A stretch of 61,459 nt of DNA, the filler included. It is 10 parts of 10 records of this genome, joined end to end, with 100 filler letters (N's around TTAATTAATTAA, not from the genome) between each part and the next. Parts side by side here need not be neighbours in the genome. Positions count along the whole stretch, not along the records: positions 31,523 to 36,198 come from SRR15195285_2766; positions 36,299 to 40,064 come from SRR15195285_2768; positions 40,165 to 43,526 come from SRR15195285_2770; positions 43,627 to 47,406 come from SRR15195285_2773; 6 more parts are not named here. One strand, written 5' to 3'. The notes under the pieces are model-generated. The model was given only the letters and a program-made list of their open reading frames with translations. It was not told the DNA's origin and searched no databases. The position numbers were made by a program, and so were the translations under genes. Position 1 is the stretch's first letter; every line of letters starts with the position of its first letter. Below are positions 32,399 to 46,837 of the stretch, piece by piece.

Positions 32399-34997
32399 AT
32401 GCAGCCACAGGTAGGGATGGGCGGCACCTCGCCCGGTGCGGTGACGACGGATCCGCTGCAGGATCTGCGCTGGAGGCTGCAGATGTCCGAGCAGGTCCGG
32501 CGGAAGACGGTGCGACCGCCCGACCGCCAGCTGCTCGCTCGCTCGCTCGCTTGTTCGCCCACTCGCCCGCCACGTCAGCCCGCGTCGCGTCAGCTCACAG
32601 CCTGCGTGACGCTTCGTCGTGGCTGCAGAACGATCGGCTGAGCGAAGTGCTGAAGACGATGAAGTGGGAGGAGCCGATCTCGCGCCCCAAGGGGCGGGCG
32701 CGCGAGGATGTCCTTATTGCAGCTCTGGAGGACGTGCTGCGGGAGACCCGCAACAAGACGGAGGCGGACCGGAAGGCCTCTGAGCAGGTGCGCCTCGCTA
32801 GGCACGGGTTCCGCCTTGCTCCGCTCTGCCCTGCCTCCCGGCGCCTGGCTGACCTGCAGCGCGAACGTGGGGTCGCAGGCGCGCATCCAGATGATGGAAC
32901 AGCTCGGGCGAGCGGAGGATGAGATGCTCGAGAAGGATCACGAGCTGCTAAAGGTGAAGGAGGACCGCGAGAAGCACTTTCGCCAGATCCTAGACCAGCA
33001 GGAGCGGCTCGCGCGAGAGATCTTGCTTCGGAAAGAGGAGCGGATCTCGCTGTCCCTGAAGCAGCAGGAGCTCAGTGGGTTGCTCAAGCAACGCGAGGCG
33101 CTCGTCGAATCCCTGATGAAGCGTCAGCAGGAGTTGCAGATGCGCCTGAGCCGCATGGGTGACATGGAGCGAGAGCTGGAGAACACGCGCTCGAAGCTCA
33201 CGAGCACAGAAGAGGCACGCGAGGCGATGTCGAAGCGATGCGAGGCCATGGGCGAGAGAAGCAGGAGCCTGGAGTCAGCTCTCGAGACCGCGAAGGAGGA
33301 GACCAGGCGCAACGCTGAGTTGGCCCAGACGGCTGAGGACAAGCTGGCCTCCGCCCTCGCTGCCAGCCCGATTGCTAGCCCGGCTGCGGCTGCGGCTGGC
33401 GGCTGGTCCGGTGTGCTCAACAATGACACTGCAGGTGGTGCAGCGGAGGGCACTGACGATAGGGGTGCAGCTGGACGCGGAAACGGCGTAGGCGGACAGG
33501 GGCCAGTGGGACCCCACACTCCGCACCGTGGCGTCCCACACATGCCAGCTTCATCCGCTCTAGGCAGCGCCACTCCACCTGAATCGCCGTCGACGGAGGA
33601 GGTGATCGAATACGCGAAGTTCCTCGGAATGAACATCCAGGATGACCGCGATAAGGAGCTGTTGTGGATTGCGAAGGAGGCGATGGCCGCAGCGCTGCCT
33701 GCGGGGTGGACGCAGCACGAAGATAAGGATGGGTTCGTGTTCTTCTACAACGCTGCGACAGAGCAGAGCACATACGAGCATCCGATGGACGATTTTTACC
33801 GGAAAGTGTACCAGCGGGCGAAGACAACCACAGAACGTGACCCTGCGACGCTGAAGATGCATACCAGCGCCAACTCTTCCCCGGGGTCGTCGTCGACATC
33901 GCCATCAGGTGGTAATGGCGCTGGCTTCTTCCGTCGCTCCCCAGGCTCATCCGGCAGCTCAATGCCCGCTGGGATTTTGAAGCAACCGAAGGCACCATCG
34001 CCAAGCTCTGGCAGCAATCAGTACAATGCCATGGAAAGAATGAGAGCGCTGGAGGCCGAGAATGCGTTGCTGCGCCAGCAGCAGCAGCAGCCACAGGAAC
34101 ACGCACGGTCGGCGCAGGGGGTGACACTGCAAATGGACAGTGCCGTCCCCGCGAGCACTGCTCGCGTGGAGACACCCCTGGCGAAAGCGCACTCAATAGA
34201 CTGTGCACCGACGCAGACGAAGCAACAAGAAAGTCCCCCAGCGAATGAGGAAGCGATGGTGGAGGAGGCACCATTAGGAGGGTTGACTGAAGAAGAAATT
34301 GCCAAGATTCCTAACCCGTACGGTTTATCGCGTGAGGCGCTGGTAAAGAAGTTCCTCTTTGACCAGCAAAGGGCGCACAAAAACTCGACAGCCCGGGCTC
34401 GCAAGTCGTCGTTCACGGCGACAAGCTCGATCGCGGCCGCTGGTGCGGGCGGTGGCCTATCCGTGCGAGTTCCAGCGTTGGCTGCTGGTGGTGTGTCAAT
34501 CCCTGTGCCGACCAACGTGGACAGCAACGGTGCTGGCGACCCTGGAACGGGGAGTAGCGGAGACGGTAGGATGGTAGGCCAGACATCAGCGACACCACGA
34601 CCGTCAGACAAGGCAGTCGAGATCATGGACCAACAAGGGATTATGCAGATACCTCAGGGTAAGTCCGTGCCACTGCTTACGTTGCGCTACTATATAGCGC
34701 CCCGTTCGTTGATAACTGCGTTGCTACTCTTCTTCTCCTAGCTCATTCGCCTTTTGCGTGTGGTTAGGCGCGGAGATCTTTGAGCAACGATTGCGCGAGC
34801 TGAGCGCAGAGGAAGCGGAGCGCAGCTCCAGAGGGCTGGCAGGCAGCGGCGCTGAAGCAGGCGGAGGGCCTGGAGGTGTGGGTGGACGCGGGGCAGGCGG
34901 CTATGCTGGGCCTGGTATGGACTACATCGATAGCTGGGCGGAGCAGAACAACCAGGACGATGGTGCGGGTCCAGGCGATGGAGGCGGGGAGACCTGA
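32399..34997 (+). CDS. Coiled-coil protein with a CEP164-type WW module, about 4 exons
   Basis: EEVIEYAKFLGM..LLWIAKEAMAAALPAGWT..FFYN..STYEHPMDDFYR; GT..AG introns join the track ORFs; start codon uncertain. Confidence 0.7.
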
Positions 34998-35113
34998 GCT
35001 GAGGCAAGTGGGCAAGGCAGTGCATTGTGGATTGCAAGGACTCACGTAGCATCGGTTCAATGGCACTAAACATCCCCAAGTATATTCACCACCTTTTACA
35101 ACATGATCACCGC

Positions 35114-36030
35114 TCACCGCAACGACGGTGACACACGTTTTATCCCTACGGTCACTGGCGTCAGCCGAGCAGGCGAGCCTGACACTGCGTTCGTGCCATC
35201 GGACCAGCACAGAAATATAAGATGTGGGAGCATAGAGCAGGACACAAAGCAACACGACTGTCGGAGGGCAGGACGCAACAGCTCAGCGTACCGGACATGA
35301 ATGAAGAGGATGTTCTCGGCCGGCTCTGGTCTTCGCGCTTGGCGAGGGGCGGTGGCTGGAAGTCCGGAAGCTGCGAAGACTGCAAGAGGGTGCGCGTGGA
35401 CCGCGAGTGGGCCTCGAACGGCAGGTTGGGCAGCCGTGTCGGCTTGAGCCTCTGCGGGCTTCTATAGGTGGGCATGAGGCTCGCAGTCCTCTGGAACACA
35501 TCCGCCCCGGTCCTGTCCATCGAGAGGCGCTGGGTGCGCAGCGGGTCTGCGATGCACATCCACAAGGTGATGGTGTGCGAGCAGGCGGTGCGTCAGCGTT
35601 CCGCGGCGGCGCGGCGGTACCAGTAATATGTGTCCGCGTGGCGGGGCGCACCCAGCACGCGCCGCCCGTCATGGTCGCCGCCGTTGAACTGCGAGATGAA
35701 GCTGCCATTGCAGTTGCTGCCGCCGCATGCGTGCCTCGAGAAGATGTGGTTGTTGCGCACGCCGTTGTTCGTGCCCTCGGTCTGCGACGGCCCACCGCCG
35801 TGCACGCCGGTGCGCAGCGTGAGCCATTTTTCACGCACACATATGGGGTGCGGACCTCGCTGCGGAAGCGAGGTTTCGCCATCGAGCGAGCGAGCGAGTG
35901 CCGCAGCCAGCCAGCCAGCCAGCATCGGCGGGCACGCACCTGCTGGACGGCGGAGAGCGTGTAGTAGAAGGAGCCGCCGCGCCGAGGGCTGGCGTGGTCC
36001 GAGCGCACACGTTCCCATGCGACGGTGCAC
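35114..36030 (-). CDS. Hypothetical spliced protein, boundaries uncertain
   Basis: GC3-rich segments joinable by GTGCGT..CAG and GTACCG..CAG introns; no recognised domain. Confidence 0.3.
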
Positions 36031-36749
36031 CCAGTGGCAACGAGGGAGGGATCCGAGCGTGAGCAACATGCATGCCACGCCGCCACGACTGCAGCTGTGC
36101 AGCACGCACGGCGCGCGCGCGCGTGTGTGTGACCTCCGAGCGCAGTGCGGCGTGGCGTGTGTGTGTGCCTGTGTGTGTGTGAAGTGCTTGTGCTTGTGNN
36201 NNNNNNNNNNNNNNNNNNNNNNNNNNNNNNNNNNNNNNNNNNTTAATTAATTAANNNNNNNNNNNNNNNNNNNNNNNNNNNNNNNNNNNNNNNNNNNNGG
36301 GCCTGCAACCAAAACAGTGTGATTGTCCTACTGTCAACTGACTGTGGTCGCGATCGCGAACACCGTGGATCTTCCAGAGCGCTCGTGTCCGCGTGAGTAC
36401 ATTCTTTTTCAGCTGAAAGTCCTTGGATACTAGTGTCACTGTAGCCATTTGGGAGATTATTGTATTGATTTGCATGTAAAATGATCTCCAGGACTTTTTG
36501 CAGTACTACGGCTCTAGTAGGAATCCTACGCTCTGGCCGGCGGGACTCCCTCAACATTTTTGACAACAATGTACGAACTACGATCGTCCAGGGGGTCCAC
36601 CGGCGACGACCAGACGACAGCACAAGAGCGACGAGGCGCCCTGCTGTGGGACGGGCATCTGATCGCTGCGGGGTCGCCTGGTGGTGGAGGCGGAGAACCC
36701 TCGAGGGAATTGCGCTCACTACCTCCTGAGCTCCTGGGCGCACGTCAGG

Positions 36750-38593
36750 ATGGCAGAGCTCGCGGCGGCGGCAGAGGCGGAGCTTACGCTGGAGCCAATC
36801 GCATCGCCCAGCCCGGTTGCGGCAGCGAGCCGGGGACTTGCTGGGAAGATGGAGGCGGTGTGCAGCGCGGCGATGCGAGGGGAGCTCGATGCTGTGCAGG
36901 CGGCGCTCAAGCTGGCCGAGGTTGAGCCCGGGTACAGCGTGAATACCCAAGGAACTAGCGGTCGCACGGCGTTGTACCAGGCTTGTCTGGGGAGACGTCC
37001 CGAGATCGTTAAGTATCTGCTGGAACTTGGAGCGGTGCGTTCCAGCCACCCCGAATTGCCACGATCGTGCATGTGCCCACTGTGCCGAGATCCGACCCGA
37101 CGGGTTGCGATGCAATGTTGCAGACCGACAATGACGGTAGCGCGTACATCGCCATCTGTGCAACCGGGAGAGGTGACTCGTGCACAGAGGATCCAGCGGA
37201 GCGTACCGCCGCGATTATGCGGGAACACAACTGGGGGCCAGCCTCCTCTGCCAGGAAGAAGCGCGGGGGCAGTGGCAGGTGCGATGCCAGAGCACCCAAG
37301 TTGCCTGTGGGTTGTGTGCCAGTTCTGGCCAGACCATTGCAACCATCTCTCTCATAATGTTCTGTTGCCTGTGGTAATAGCAGCACTAGCGCCAGGACGC
37401 CAAAACGAGGTGGGCCGCAGCAGCTCTTAGACGACGCCGTGGACGCTCTTGATAGTGGCGACACATCCTTGCTACTGGTACGGACCGCCACGAAAAGCAA
37501 AGGCAAAGGCAAAAAGAAGGTCAGCGGAGGTGGAGGTGACACCACAGCTCAGGGTGAACTGCCGATCCACCATGCAGCTCGAGTCAAGGCGACAGAAGCT
37601 CTGTGCAAGATGCTCATGCGAGAGCATGGACTGCAGGAGCAGCTGCTGCTTGCACATGGGACAGGGGGCAAGCTGCCGTTGCACTACGCTGTGAAGACAC
37701 GTCATGCCGATACAGTGAGCATACTATGCGGCCGAGGTGACCGCGGTGGTGCACTTGGTCTCGGAGGTGACCTTATTGCGCGCCAGGTGGCCACAGCTGA
37801 CACAGGCGGCAGGTTACCAATCCACTATGCCATGGAATCCTCTGACCACGCGACGATGCTAGAGCTCGTTGCCTGTGGAAGTCAGGATCAGCTCACAACC
37901 CCTGACCCATCCACTGGCACCACCGCAATCCATCACGCCGCGAAGGCCGGTGCTTCTGATCTGGTTGATGCGATGATCTCGCCGCTTGTGCACTCCTCCC
38001 GACGAGCCGCATTGCTGCACAACTGTGACGAGGAGGGCAGACTGCCAGTGCACTGTGCCGTGCTCGCCGGCGACAGGAAGTCCACGCGTGCGCTTGGGTT
38101 CGTCGACTCTGGGCCGACCGTTCCATCGCCCGATACACAAGATGCTGCTGAGAGTACACTGCTAGAGAATTCACCGAGGGCTGACGTTCCCACGGGTGAG
38201 GCCGCGACCACTGAGGTTACTACAGGCAGCGGTGGCGATGGCACGCCTACGATCCCCTTGCTTGCCACGGATCTCCACGGCAAAACAGCTCTCGACTATA
38301 CGTTCGATGCCGTGGACGAAGCGAAGGCGGATGCAGAGCTGGTCATCACGAAATCTGAGAATGATTGGAATACTGATTTAGACGCCGTCGTGGCATCGAA
38401 CGATGAGGCTCAGGCGGCGTTGGCGGAAGACTGTGCACAGAAAGACGCCGAGCTTGCAGAAAAGCAAGCAACCATCGAGGCACTGCAGGCAGAGGTCGCG
38501 AGTATGAAGCAGCGGATTCAAGAGCTCACGTCAGTAGGAGCAACAGCGGGGATGGACGGTGCCAGCGCAGAGGAGGGTGTGCCGCCGGTCTGA
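36750..38593 (+). CDS. Ankyrin-repeat protein with C-terminal coiled coil, 3 exons
   Basis: GRTALYQAC, GELPIHHAA, GKLPLHYAV, GRLPIHYAM, GRLPVHCAV; two GTGCG..AG introns. Confidence 0.85.
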
Positions 38594-38910
38594 GTAGACC
38601 GCGGTAGCGCACCGGGTAGCTATAAACGGAACTCTTGGTGGAAAACCACCAGTCCCTGTGAAAGATTAGCCGCGGGGGGAGAATGTTTGGGCGCGGGCAG
38701 TGCAGTGAGTGTGGCTGTAACTGTCAGCTGTAGATACCAAATCGGACTGGACACCATTCACACCAGAGCAAAATCACCACCCCACCCATAGTCCCATCCT
38801 CCCCTCGTCACCTGCCCACCTCGTGGGCCTCGGGGAGGACACACGAGGTGCGATCGTGGCGGTGGGCACCTTGCGGATTTCGTTGCGCCGGCGAACGGAA
38901 CGCGATCCAC

Positions 38911-39726
<816 letters not shown>

Positions 39727-40164
39727 CTACCGCCGTGCCGTGCACGAAGGGGCAGAGGGTAAAGGATGAGGAGGAGGAGGGAGGAAGAAGAAGGGGTGGA
39801 ATGGCGAGAAGGAGCTCGTGAGATCGGCGAGAACGCTCGCCTCGCCTCCAGAAGGCTCAGCCTCCTCCAGCCCCCCAACACACACACCACACCCCTCACG
39901 CACACTCTCCACTCTCCACGTTCACACGCAAGAAGAAGAGCGGGACGCAGCAGGGGTCCCTTGCCCGGCATGCCCAGGCTGCGCAAGGGGGACCGACTGC
40001 AAAATGGCGAGAACGCAGCCGCGGCGTCTCGTCACTCCACCCCCCCCCCCCCCCCCCCCCCCCCNNNNNNNNNNNNNNNNNNNNNNNNNNNNNNNNNNNN
40101 NNNNNNNNTTAATTAATTAANNNNNNNNNNNNNNNNNNNNNNNNNNNNNNNNNNNNNNNNNNNN

Positions 40165-43100
40165 AAACCCTGCGGACATGACCGCTTGCTTGAGCTCGTC
40201 TTCTTTCACGGCGAGCAGGTCCAGCAATTCCCCTGCTCATGCAACCAGCGTCATGAGTCAGTGACACGTTGCCACTGGAAGTAATGGCATGGAAGGACAC
40301 AAGTACACAATAATCAAGTTCGGCGTAGATGGTCGTTACCAATACGCTCCATGCAGGCTGAGTTTTCCCTCTTCACTTCGCGAGCTTCTTCCCACAGTGC
40401 ACGCACATGACGCGTTATCATTGCCTCGTGACTATTGCGGTACCAGTCACGATTGTCATATGGACCGCCAGTGGTCACGTATCTAAGTGTATGCACGGAT
40501 ACAGGAAATTAGCAAGTGGAGCAACAGCACGTGCATGCTTTAAACTGAGGGCTACTACGTACTGATAGAGCAGCTCCGAGTCCTGCACAAGCTCCCCAGC
40601 GTTTCGAGAAGCAATTCTGGCGGTTTCTTGGCTGAAAATGTTGTCCCACCACAGGTCATCAGATTGGGTTGGACGATCCTGTTGCCCCACTCGTCGCTGC
40701 TTGATTGTCCAGCCCAGCAGCTCCATGTAGCCCGGCTCGGTCCGCACGATCTCGGTACTGCTTGACGTAGTCACTTGCTCAGCGCTGTTACCTGGAAATG
40801 GAACACCGTGGTCCAGCTGTACCGCAGACTGCTGGTGCACAGGCGATCGCAAACTGCTGCCATCGAGGTGCCGTAGTTGCGCAATTTCTTTGTCGCGGAC
40901 ACTCAATTGTTTCTTCAGCAAAGCACATTCAGCAGCAGCCTCTTCTTTCTGCTTCGAAACCTTGTCACGTGCTTGCGTGAATTCCATGCGCTCTGCCCTG
41001 TGCGTGGCTCGCAGCTGTTCCAATTCTCGCGAGAGCTGATCTTTCTCTGACTGGTGCTGTGCGTCAGTGGTGGCCAGGCTGGTGCTACAGAAATCGCAAA
41101 ACTGTGCAAATGAAAGCATCTTGATCGGTCCAATTGCGCAGCGCACTCCACTCCTCTGCGCCTCAAGCGTTGCAGCTCGAACGATCATTGGCATCTCAGC
41201 TTGTTCGACTTGAGACACGGGCCCACCGTTGATGCAAACCTGGACCAAGGACAGGCCGAGCATGTCAGCAAACATTAGTTCGAAGACCCCAAGGCAACTG
41301 TGGCTCATGTGACTTCCTCGTGGATAGCCGTACTGAAGCGGCTTCAAGACATTCACTTACCAGCTGGAGCACTCCGTTAAAGCTCTGACACTCTGTCATA
41401 ACGCAGCCTTTGACGCGAGTTTGGTAAGCGTAGTACCAAAACGTCTGCTTGACCTTGTCTGGTGTAAACATGTCGTCTGTATCCGACGAATGCTACAAGA
41501 AATGCAAGACAAAGCTTGTCAAAAGGAAGCAGGTGAAACACCTGGTTTCGACAAGCTGCTCCGAAAAGATACTGTGAAGAGCCACGACTCACACAAGTAG
41601 TGCTGCCTTTGCGATCGAAGGCCAGCTTAATGTTGCCGTCCCGGCTGCGCAGCTGGAGTTCCTGAACCTTGTCCATCACCAATTCGTCCCAAGGACCATG
41701 ACTATCGTCGTGGTTGCTGCTTCCTGTCTCTGGGCATGACAGCACCAACACACGCCGTGCGGTGTACAGCGCACACGGAATCATGGACGCCGTAGAGTTC
41801 ACAAAACCTGCTGCCACTGGCTGCTCCACTGCTACCGTCACGACATTAAGTAAGAACTGCAGATTGGCTCGTGCTTCACCCTCAACATCGATACGAGCGC
41901 AGCACCAGTGCACGCGTGCAGACTTGTCGTCGCACTGGACTGTCTTGAATAGTATGGTCTCCTTTTCACCACCCCAGAAAAAATCTCTGGACCACGAGGG
42001 ACTTTCTTCGATCGAATCACTCGTGATGCCACCCTCGCCACCAACAAACGAAAAGCATGGCGGCAGCTGCAGAGTGATGCGGACTTCCTGGCCGGTCCGA
42101 ATTGCCAGACTCTCCGGCGCCTCGCCCATCAGTTCATCCTCGTCACGTGGCTGCTCTTCGCGTAGTAACTGTTCCGTGCAATCCAAGATGAGGCACCACC
42201 ACAAGTTCCAACCAAATTAGGGCACCTGCGAAACAGGCGTATGCACAAAGCAGCACATACTGACCTGATGTAGCTGTGTGGCTATATAGGCTCTGACGCG
42301 AAGGTCAAACGAACGCTCTGCCACAATCTCGACAGGAGCAACCACTGCAAAAAAAGTCTCGGAGAGGTTCTCCTCCACTGTTGGAGACGGCCGGCGACCA
42401 TCTGGTTCGGTTGGCGCCACTTGCAGCTTCTGTTCTTCGCTATCAGATGAGCGCTGGCCTGCAGATACTGGTGGTGGCACCGGCGTTAATACGCCTTGAG
42501 GCAAACGCTGCGCCACGAACAGTGGGCGAGGCGCAAGAACTGGCAGACCTGCCACCTCACAGAGCTCGCTGATGACCCTCGATGGCCCACGGTGTCTCTG
42601 CGCAAGATCTACGAGCCCGAGTGTCACCACCAACTCAGGCCGAGCGCGAACGGTGCGAACAAGTCCATCCCAGTCCCCTGCCTCACAGGCGACCCGAGCA
42701 ACGACAGATGGGTCGGGAGGGACCCGAGCAGAGACAGGCGGGTCGGGAGGGTGTGGTGCAGCTGCAGCTGCAGCTGCAGCTGCTACAGTCGGAGAGGATG
42801 CACGACCCCGGCCTCGAGAAAGCGACCGGCCAGTCCCTGCTGGCGGCCCCGCTGTGCTACCCACTGGCGACCGCAGGCGTCCACGACCTCTCGACATGGG
42901 AGTTGGAGATTTTGGCGATGGTGGTGTTAGCTGCGGGTCGCCGCCGAGATACTTCGCACGTACCATTTTCAAAAATTCCTGCTCGCCATACTGTTCTACC
43001 AGCTGGTCCACAGACGCCAACTTGGCTGGGTTATGCTTCGCCATGAGTGCGTCAATCTCGTGGCGCGCCGCTGATGGAGTAGCTGCTGTACCTGCAGCTG

Positions 43101-43386
43101 CAGCTGGCACCGGTGCGGGCGAGCCCGCACGCAGGCGTCCGAAACCACCTCTGGCAGGCGAACCTCTTCCAGGCGGCGGGGCGGCCGCACTCTTGCGGAG
43201 CCGTCGCCCTTCGTACGATGTGGTGTGTGGCGCAGCGTCACCAGCCACCGCCGACGCTGCCGCGGCAGCTGGCGCAGCCGGAGCCGCGGGGAGCTGCTGC
43301 CGTCCAGCGAGACTCCGCCTAGCCGGAGCTCCTGTCGGCGGAGCGCGTTTCGCTGGGCTGGCGGGCATCGTCGGCCGCCCTCGCAT
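40165..43386 (-). CDS. Hypothetical multi-exon protein (Pro/Ala-rich N-terminus, unknown alpha/beta domain, coiled coil), 3' partial
   Basis: Track ORFs 42217-43464, 41377-42204, 41265-41471, 40475-41356 and 40314-40496 join in frame through GT-AG introns. Confidence 0.65.
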
Positions 43387-43626
43387 CGCTGGGGCCACCC
43401 CGACCCCGGACCTCCAGAGGACCTCGGGCCCGGCGGCGGCGGACACTACCGGCGGCGGGTACACAGCGCCGGGTCAGCGGTCCGGAGTTCTGGAGCGAAT
43501 TCGAAGTACGCAGGGTGTTTGTATTGNNNNNNNNNNNNNNNNNNNNNNNNNNNNNNNNNNNNNNNNNNNNTTAATTAATTAANNNNNNNNNNNNNNNNNN
43601 NNNNNNNNNNNNNNNNNNNNNNNNNN

Positions 43627-46600
43627 TCTCGGACGTGGAGAGATCACTGTGAGGCCCGCAAATATTAGTTATCTGAATGTCGTCTCAGGTTTTCCACCGT
43701 TCGATGTGCATTCTAATTTTCTTAAATTTCTTGACTTGCTATGCTTTTGCTCTGGCAGTGGAAATCGATTTGCGCGTGTGATCGAGATCTCCCACAATTA
43801 TGAACCTTCAGCTGGGTTCCCTGAAGGAGAGTACACTGCGTGCCTAGACGAGCTGTATGATTACTCGATGGAAGTGTATGCGAGGCATGATCGCTCGTAC
43901 GATCTTGCTCCGCTTAGTCTGCCGGAGCTTGATGCGCTGTTGCCATCCCCGCGCCTCATCGGATCACCGGAGTCCACACCGTCTCCCCGAGGCGATCAAG
44001 AGGCGGTGCCCGCATCAGTCTGGGAGCCATTTCGCTATCCGCTCAACGTCAACATCTATGAAACACTGTGTGCAGCATGTTTCGACCACGACTCGGTTGG
44101 TCGGCACGATGAGCTGAAACCGGTAATTATAGCCGCGATAGAACGGACACGTGCACACCTAGGAGTGACAAACGAGCAGCAGCACCTGTGCTTGGCTCGG
44201 CAACACTTCGAGGAGTATCTTGTGGCAGAGCGCGAGAACGAGCGCGACCCACTTCGTGGGCGCGCAGCGATTGAGAACGAACGCAAAGAGATGCTAACTG
44301 CATTGCAAGATCACATGATTGTTAGCACGCTGCAAGACCAGAATCTGCCTTCGTTTGACGGCAGCGGGCTGGTATCACCAGCAACATCTGAAGCTGCTGA
44401 AGATGAGACGAGGCGAATGCGAGAGGGTGTGATAAAACTGGTTATGGAGCACTTCAGTGCAATTGTGGAGGACTACCACCGTTGCGACGTTGATTTATTA
44501 CCGAGGGCTCTGCGCGTATACGTCGCGTTGCGCCACCCAGAGGATCCGCAGACGGTAGTGCGGGAAGCGATGACGCTTGCGGTAGTGCGATTGTACGAGC
44601 GGCTGAGTGAGGATGTCGAGCGGCCAATCTCTCCAGAAGGGTTGTGTGTGGTTGTGACGAAGGTTCTCAGCGCAATTGATGTTGAGATCGAGAAGTATGC
44701 CGACGTGTGGAAAGAGTTCATTACTGGTTCTGATACCCTTCCAGACTCGACTGGGCTGTTCATTCGCGCAATCGGCTCACGTACGCAGCGCGATCCCGCA
44801 CATTGTATCTTCGTCTGGTATGATTGCTAAACGCGATCGAACGTTTGCTGTGCATACGTGTGCAGGAGTGCGACAGGACTACGAGACAGGCAACTGTCCA
44901 GGAGCAATCGATGCTCATGTGGTGCGCGCGATCACTTTACTTCAGCGGCTGGAGAACAAGATGCTGCACTATAAGGCCTTGGATCCTGCATCACGAATCC
45001 TCGCGCACACCGACGCGAGGCATGGTGGCGCGTCGCCATATTCCAAGCTGGTCTGGGCATGGATGGATAATCACGGGCAGCAATTTCAAAACACAGTCGT
45101 GGCGTTCGTTGAGCATGAATCATGGGAGCCTGAGCAAATGTCTGCAAGTGAGGATCGCGACGGCGGGCAGACGCCGGAGATCCGAAGATCTGGCTCATTG
45201 AAACGGGGTCACGCATTGACTTCGTTTTCTATCGACGGTTTGTTTGACTTATTTCAGGCATCGATGGACACATTTTTTGGCTTCTCCATTGCCTCTGACG
45301 ACATGTTCCTATGCCTGGTCGAGCACATTGTGTCAGCCTGCTTGTGCTATGCAAATGGAGTCGTTGAAAGCTGTGGCGACCTGCTGGACATTGTGCCGCC
45401 TTCGCCACCGATTGCCATGTGTCGACGTCAAACAAAGAAAGTAACGATCACGTCGGAGCCTGATGAGGCTAACCCTCTGCCATCGAATAGTTCGATCTGT
45501 GTACGGATGAACAACTTATACGATGGGCTGCAACGTTTCATCCTCTTCTTTACGGAGGCGAAGGGAAGCTGGTGCGTTCATCATTGGAACTGCTACTGCT
45601 TTCGTCTGCTATGGTGCCGCTCTTACTTAAGCTCCAGTAGCCAACGCTTGGTCTGCACAGTTGATGATTGGCCTTGATGTTGTTTCTGGTTCGCGTTTGT
45701 GGGTGCTTTAGGGTCGAGTTCGCTGCACTAGAATATTCTCAGCCACTTAGCATGCGGCGCCTCGACTACTTGGTCGGGTCAGTGCGCCGGTCCTTCGGAG
45801 ACTCGATCAACCAGCTGATCGACTACCTCGGTGTCAAAGTGGTGTACTCCGATTTGCGTGATACCATGATGGATGGACTGTATCTTCCTACAGTGCAAGA
45901 CTGTCGCATTGATGATGCGCTACCAGCGCTGACGGCACGATTGCGTTCTCTTGACGCACTGCTCACAGAAGCAGTAGTGCGTGAAGTTCACGATGGTGCG
46001 GCACTGGACTGCCCCGTGTGTTCCTTGCTCAGTCAACTGGCTTACACTGCGTTCACTTCAATGTCGCAGCGGTGTATCGGAACTTCGCTGGGTGTTTTCA
46101 ACGGATACTCATCGATGGTGGCGTTCATCGCATCTTTACAGTAGAAGACAAACACGCTTTTGAAGAAGACTTCTGCGCAATCAAGGCGGAAGTGGTGAGC
46201 CACTACCATGTGTCTACAGAGCTGCGCAGTCTGCGTCTGCTCGCTCCGGCTTGTATTTGCATCGATCGTGCTGAATGCTTACGCGCGCGGACGCGCGCGT
46301 GCGTGTGCTTGCAAATATCTGTCCCTGCAACGACACCAGCATCGTTTCGAGTCGCTCGTAGACGTGGATGCGATCGAGCGGCTGTTCACTCTGCTTGCAA
46401 TGACAATTCCAAACCTCATCGACTTCTACGAAAAGACCGAAAGCCAAGGATCATCCGTTGAAGGCGATGTGATTTACCAATCCGACACCATTCTCCGCAT
46501 CATATCACACCGAGATGACCGAAAGGGTGCGCGGGGCATCAACCATGAATCTTGAACAACGCCTCGCATTGATCCACTTTATCTGCGCGTTCGCTGCAGC

Positions 46601-46769
46601 TCGTGATTTTGTGAAGCGGGCGTTGCGCGCGGGTCGTGGTGGTGGAGGTGCTGCCGGCCTTGGCGTCGACGGAGCTTCTCCTGGCAGAGCGCATACAGCG
46701 AGCGACTTGGCAGCAGTGTACGGCAACCGCACTGCGACGATGTCTCATTCCAAACGCCGCTTTTCTTGA
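43627..46769 (+). CDS. PATROL1/DUF810-like Munc13 (MUN-domain) protein, 5' partial, multi-exon
   Basis: YPLNVNIYETLCAACFD..HLGVT..HLCLA..F; CVRMNNL; KVVYSDLR..GLY; ILIDGG..RIF; DTILRIISHRDDRKARDFVKR after splicing. Confidence 0.8.
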
Positions 46770-46837
46770 TGGTAACAGTGGCAACGCAGGAAAGCTAGCA
46801 TCTTGAGAGCTGCACAGAATGATGTGGCAACATACAA

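Noticed and set aside
35500-35620. In-frame TGA between two ORFs as readthrough or selenocysteine
   Set aside because: The TGA falls inside a plausible GT-AG intron; conserved genes here show no sign of codon reassignment
42572-43582. Long antisense ORFs here and opposite ARF1, Myb-HNH and VWA8
   Set aside because: Expected shadows of GC-rich coding sequence
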